DNA of 64,000 bases, taken from assembly GCA_963828735.1 (NCBI GenBank), contig CAWHFW010000005.1, positions 1,888,001 through 1,952,000 on the forward strand, in the 5' to 3' direction. The stretch's first letter is position 1. Every line of letters starts with the position of its first letter. Under the pieces are notes generated by a model. That model ran no database searches and was not told where the DNA came from. It saw only the letters and a program-made list of their open reading frames with translations. Below are positions 60,168 to 64,000 of this stretch, one piece after another. The position numbers were made by a program, and so were the translations under genes. This DNA comes from an uncultured Gemmatimonadales bacterium. Lineage in GTDB: Bacteria > Gemmatimonadota > Gemmatimonadetes > Gemmatimonadales > GWC2-71-9.

Positions 60168-60782
60168 ATGTCTTTCCGATTTTCTCCGCTGGCCGCGGCC
60201 CTCGCGCTCGGCGGCGTCACCACGCCGGTCATGGGCCAGTCGGCCGACGGCCGCGCGCCGACGGCCCTCGCGCTCACCGCGGAGTCGGCGCCCGTGCCCG
60301 GACCCGCGGCATTGAAGCGGGCGTATCACCTGTCCCTGACCAGCACCTGGCTGCAGCAGGTCGTGGCGGCGGGCTGTCGGAACGGCGGGGAGGAGACGTT
60401 GGAGGGCACCCTCGCGCTGGAGACGGATGGCACGTACTCCGGCCGTTTCGCACGGCGCACGCGGCTCTTGTTCTGTGGCGCGCACGGTCCGGCGGCGGCA
60501 GGGTGCTCGCTGACGCTGGAAGGGAAGGGCGCGGTGGCGATGACCGGCGTCGTGCTCGCCGACGAGATGAGCCCGAGCGGTCGCTCGGTGCGGGTGACCT
60601 GGACGCCCGCGCCCGGTCATGACGCAGAGGTGACCGGCGCGTGCGCCGAAGGCTTCAAGCAGGCGGTGCGCGAGATGTATCTCTCGACGCCCCACGCGGC
60701 GGAATTTCCGCTGACGACGGTGGGCTCGGCGCCCCGGACGGAGGAGCTGGACAGCTATGCGTGGAAGGTCAGGCTGGACTGA
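60168..60782 (+). CDS. Secreted hypothetical protein with four Cys
   Basis: AGGAG RBS, signal peptide, high GC3. Confidence 0.72.
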   Translation: MSFRFSPLAAALALGGVTTPVMGQSADGRAPTALALTAESAPVPGPAALKRAYHLSLTSTWLQQVVAAGCRNGGEETLEGTLALETDGTYSGRFARRTRLLFCGAHGPAAAGCSLTLEGKGAVAMTGVVLADEMSPSGRSVRVTWTPAPGHDAEVTGACAEGFKQAVREMYLSTPHAAEFPLTTVGSAPRTEELDSYAWKVRLD

Positions 60783-60830
60783 TCGGGGACTGCGTCCGCG
60801 AAGCTGGAGGCGGAGTGCGCTCGGGGGCGA

Positions 60831-61835
60831 CTAGCCCTCCCGCCGCACCTCCGCCGCCGTCTTGTCCTCCCGAAGGCCGAGATAGCGGGGATGACGGAGC
60901 AGGCCCGCCGGGGTCCACTCCCCGAATCCGATCTCCACGACGAGCTTCGGCGTCACCCACTGCACCTCGCCGGTCGGGGCCGGCCCTGGCGCGAACGGCG
61001 ACGTCCGTCGATGCAGCGGCGCGAGCTTCCGCTGCAGCATCTCGAGCGTCGCGCGGTCGTACCCCGTGCCGACCTTGCCGGCGTACCGCAACGCCCCGTG
61101 CTCGTAGTACCCCACCAGCAACGCGCCGAGGTTCTCGCGCGAGCCCTTCGGCGCGGTGTAGCCGCCCACGACCAGCTCCTGCTGGTGGACGCATTTGATC
61201 TTGAGCCAGTCGGTGGATCGCGCGCTCACGTAGCGGCTCTCCGACCGCTTCGCGATGATCCCTTCTGCGCCCTTGGCGCACGCGTCGCGGAGCATCGCCG
61301 CCGAGCCGGTGGTCTTGAAGGGGGTGAACCGGATCGGGTCGTCGTACCACACGACGTCCCGGAGCACCGACTTGCGGTCCACCAGCGGCAGGTTCGTGAG
61401 GTCGATCCCCTCGTAGAACATGCAGTCGAACAGGTAGAGCTCGACGGGCACGTCGCTCGCCCGCGCGCGAAGCTCGTCGCGCAGCTGCATCCGGCGCTGG
61501 AGCCGTGAGAAGCTGCTCTGGCCCGTGCGCGGATCCACGGCCACCACTTCGCCGTCGAGCACCGCGTCCCCGCGCACCGCGAAGGACAGCGCGTCCACCA
61601 GCTCGGGATAGGCCCCGTCGAGCGGCTTCCGGTTGCGCGAGAAGAGGCGGACGTTCCCCGCGTTGGCGTAGACCAGCACCCGCACGCCGTCGAGCTTGGG
61701 CTCGTACAGCCACTGCCCCGCGCGCGGCGGCTCCTCGACCAACGTCGCGAGCATCGGCGGGATCCAGCCGGCCTGGGCCCGATAGCGGAGGCGCGTGTTG
61801 GCGCCTTTGGCCAGTGTCTCGAGCCTCCGGCTCAC
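60831..61835 (-). CDS. ligD: NHEJ ATP-dependent DNA ligase (LigD ligase domain)
   Basis: PMLATL, EPKLDG, VLDGEVV, EGIIAK, WLKIK, GKVGTG, LRHP..LGLREDK. Confidence 0.92.
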   Translation of the reverse strand: MSRRLETLAKGANTRLRYRAQAGWIPPMLATLVEEPPRAGQWLYEPKLDGVRVLVYANAGNVRLFSRNRKPLDGAYPELVDALSFAVRGDAVLDGEVVAVDPRTGQSSFSRLQRRMQLRDELRARASDVPVELYLFDCMFYEGIDLTNLPLVDRKSVLRDVVWYDDPIRFTPFKTTGSAAMLRDACAKGAEGIIAKRSESRYVSARSTDWLKIKCVHQQELVVGGYTAPKGSRENLGALLVGYYEHGALRYAGKVGTGYDRATLEMLQRKLAPLHRRTSPFAPGPAPTGEVQWVTPKLVVEIGFGEWTPAGLLRHPRYLGLREDKTAAEVRREG

Positions 61836-62917
61836 CGCGCGGACTCCGCGCCGATCACGTCGGCGAGGCTCTGTCGTGCGTCGAGAATGCCCGCCCATGC
61901 GTCGCCCTCCGCCTCCAGCCGGTCCGGCACCGTGTGCAGCGTGAAATCGGTGGGGTAGACGTGCTCGAGCTCGTCCCAGGCGAGCGGCATCGACACCGTC
62001 GCGGCCGGATGCCGCCGCGGCGAGTAGGGGACGGCCAGCGACTTGCCCCGGCTGTTCTGGTTGTAGTCGAAGAAGATCTTCCCCGTGCGGCGCCGGACCG
62101 CCCACTCGATGGTCACGTCCTTCGGCCGCTCGCGCTGGACGTGCACGGCGATGGTCTCGGCCACACCGCGCGCGGCGTCGAAGTCGAGGTCACGCACGAT
62201 CGGGAGGTACAGGTGAAGCCCCGTCCGGCCCGACGTCTTGATGAACGTGTCGAGGCCGAGCCCGTCGAGGATCTCGCGGATCCTCAGCGCGAGCGAGCGC
62301 GTTCGGGTGAAGGCCCGTCGGTTGAGCTCGGGTTCCTCGCCGCGATTCTCCTTGCCCGAATAGAGGTACGGGTCGAGATCGAAAACGACGAAGTCCGGGT
62401 AGTTGAGGATCGAGCGCTCGAGCGCGGCCTCCGAGCCGGTGAAGCGGCGGCTCCGGCTCACCGCGTCGGGCGCCGGATTGGTGCGGGAGAACCAGGCGTG
62501 CAGCTCGAGCCCGGCCATCTGGCCGAGGTAGAGCAGCGTCGCCAGGTTCTCGCAGATGAGGTAGGCGCCGTCGCGCTCGTTGTGGGCGGAGTGGATGTCC
62601 ACCGTCCGCGCGAACGGAGGCGCGGGCTCCCAGTGCTTCTGGAAGAAGCTCTTGCCCGTCACGCCGTCCGGAAAGCGGGTGACGAACAGCGGACGATCCG
62701 CGAGGTGTGGCAGCAGGAAGGGCGACACGCGCGTGAGGTACCGGAGCAGGTCCCGCTTCGTGGCGCCGCGACGCCGGCCGACGCCCGGCCAGAGCTCCTT
62801 GTCGAGGCTCGTCACGCTGAGCTCGTGACCGTCCACGGCCAGCGTGGCCCGGTCATCCGGTGTGGAAAGCTGCTCGAGCACCGCGCGGGTGCCCTTGCCG
62901 GCCCGGGGCTTCGTCAC
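61832..62917 (-). CDS. LigD-type primase-polymerase domain protein
   Basis: RFPDGV..FFQKH, VFDLDP, KTSGRTGLH, IFFDYNQN. Confidence 0.92.
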   Translation of the reverse strand: MTKPRAGKGTRAVLEQLSTPDDRATLAVDGHELSVTSLDKELWPGVGRRRGATKRDLLRYLTRVSPFLLPHLADRPLFVTRFPDGVTGKSFFQKHWEPAPPFARTVDIHSAHNERDGAYLICENLATLLYLGQMAGLELHAWFSRTNPAPDAVSRSRRFTGSEAALERSILNYPDFVVFDLDPYLYSGKENRGEEPELNRRAFTRTRSLALRIREILDGLGLDTFIKTSGRTGLHLYLPIVRDLDFDAARGVAETIAVHVQRERPKDVTIEWAVRRRTGKIFFDYNQNSRGKSLAVPYSPRRHPAATVSMPLAWDELEHVYPTDFTLHTVPDRLEAEGDAWAGILDARQSLADVIGAESAR

Positions 62918-62929
62918 CGATCACGCACC

Positions 62930-63775
62930 TCAGCTCACCTTGCGCGTGCGGCGCGCGGTACGGGTCTGCCGGCGTGCCGGCGCCTTGGCCGCCGGGCGCG
63001 ACTTCCCGCCTTTCCGCGCCGCCTCCACGCTCCGACGGAGCGCGTCGGCGAGGTCGATCACCCTGGTCTCCGCCTCCACCGGCGACGTCACGACCTCCTT
63101 GCCCTCGAGCTTGGCCTCGATGAGCTGCTCGAGCGCCTCCCGATAGTGATCGTGGTACTCCTCCGGCTCGAACGGCTTGTGCAGCAGCTCGATGAGCGTG
63201 AACGCCATCTCGAGCTCCTTGTCGCTCACGCGAACGCTGTCGAGATCGACGTCCAGGTTCTTCCGGACCTCGTCCGGATAGAACAGCGTCTCGAGCATGA
63301 TCACGCCGTTGTGCGCGCGGATCGCGCAGAGCTGCTCCTTGTTGCGCATCGTGACCGTCGCGATGGCCGTGAGCGACTTCCGCTCGAGCGCCTTGAGCAG
63401 GAGGGCGTACGGCTTCTGCGCCCGCTCCCCCGGCTCCAGGTAGTAGCTCTTCTCGAAGTAGACCGGATCGATCTCCGCCTCTTCGACGAAGGCGCTGATG
63501 TCGATGGTGTGCTTGCTGGGCAGCGGAAGGTTCTCGAAGTCCTGATCGGTCAGCACGACATACTGGCCCTTGGCGTACTCGTAGCCGCGCGCCGTCTCGT
63601 TCCATGGCACCTCGGCCTCGTCGGTCGGGCACCACCGGACCTGCTTGAGGCGGGTCCCGTCCTTGGCGTGCAGCAGGTGGAACCGGATGTCCTTGCTCTC
63701 CGTGGCGCCGTACAGCTTCACCGGGATGCTGACCATCCCGAAACCGATGGAGCCGCTCCAGATCGCTCTCGCCAT
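62930..63775 (-). CDS. ku: Ku protein
   Basis: RAIWSGSIGFGMVSIPVKLY, IDPVYFEKSYYL, VIDLADALRRS, basic tail; GGAGG RBS. Confidence 0.95.
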   Translation of the reverse strand: MARAIWSGSIGFGMVSIPVKLYGATESKDIRFHLLHAKDGTRLKQVRWCPTDEAEVPWNETARGYEYAKGQYVVLTDQDFENLPLPSKHTIDISAFVEEAEIDPVYFEKSYYLEPGERAQKPYALLLKALERKSLTAIATVTMRNKEQLCAIRAHNGVIMLETLFYPDEVRKNLDVDLDSVRVSDKELEMAFTLIELLHKPFEPEEYHDHYREALEQLIEAKLEGKEVVTSPVEAETRVIDLADALRRSVEAARKGGKSRPAAKAPARRQTRTARRTRKVS

Positions 63776-63801
63776 GCGCCCTCCAAGGGGATCCGCGCCG
63801 G

Positions 63802-63888
63802 TTTTCCACACGGCGCACGGAATATCCACACGGTTATCAACATAAGCTGTTGATAAATAACAACTTACGGCGCTTGATAATTTATAAC
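63802..63888. promoter_or_regulatory. Cluster of DnaA-box-like 9-mers with AT-rich tract
   Basis: TTTTCCACA 63802, ATATCCACA 63822, TTATCAACA 63834, TGTTGATAA 63848. Confidence 0.55.
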
Positions 63889-63927
63889 GACGGAAGGGGC
63901 TGCAGTGGGATGAGTCACAGAGGCAGG

Positions 63928-64000
63928 TCAGGGCTTCTGCGGAATGTCCTTTCCGCCGTTCACGGCGCGAAGGATCTTCTTCATCGCCGAGTCGCCCTGG
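63928..64000 (-). CDS. 3' end of a gene entering from beyond the window
   Basis: ...QGDSAMKKILRAVNGGKDIPQKP* with high GC3. Confidence 0.4.
   Translation of the reverse strand, partial: QGDSAMKKILRAVNGGKDIPQKP

Noticed and set aside
63835..63862. dif site (TTATGTTGATA on the minus strand resembles a XerD arm)
   Set aside because: There is no XerC-like arm at 6-bp spacing; a DnaA-box pair fits better

Overview
A very GC-rich (roughly 70% or more, judged by eye), gene-dense bacterial chromosome segment with about 60 CDS. I found no rRNA, tRNA, CRISPR array, prophage or transposase. The gene content suggests Gemmatimonadota (inference): two TPR-bearing transmembrane Ser/Thr kinases, a PadR + duplicated orphan permease pair, a HEAT-cyclophilin and a DUF305 + LVIVD pair. 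Contents are metabolic enzymes (glutamate dehydrogenase, core MetE-like synthase, AKR, saccharopine dehydrogenase-like), many secreted or lipoproteins, several regulators, and DNA-repair genes (AlkD-like, AlkZ-like, Ku plus split LigD). Best candidates for uncharacterised systems: (1) a coupled ECF sigma / membrane CBM48 anti-sigma / secreted protein / beta-barrel-CBM48 operon, possibly alpha-glucan sensing across the envelope; (2) an intact M1 aminopeptidase homologue that has lost every catalytic motif; (3) a LytS kinase paired with a LytR-type receiver fused to an OmpR winged helix; (4) a DnaA-box cluster in front of the NHEJ operon; (5) a NifA-like activator with a candidate enhancer and sigma-54 promoter just downstream. 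Several genes between 32 and 56 kb carry single-base frameshifts that may be assembly errors. All family calls come from motif recognition, not database searches.
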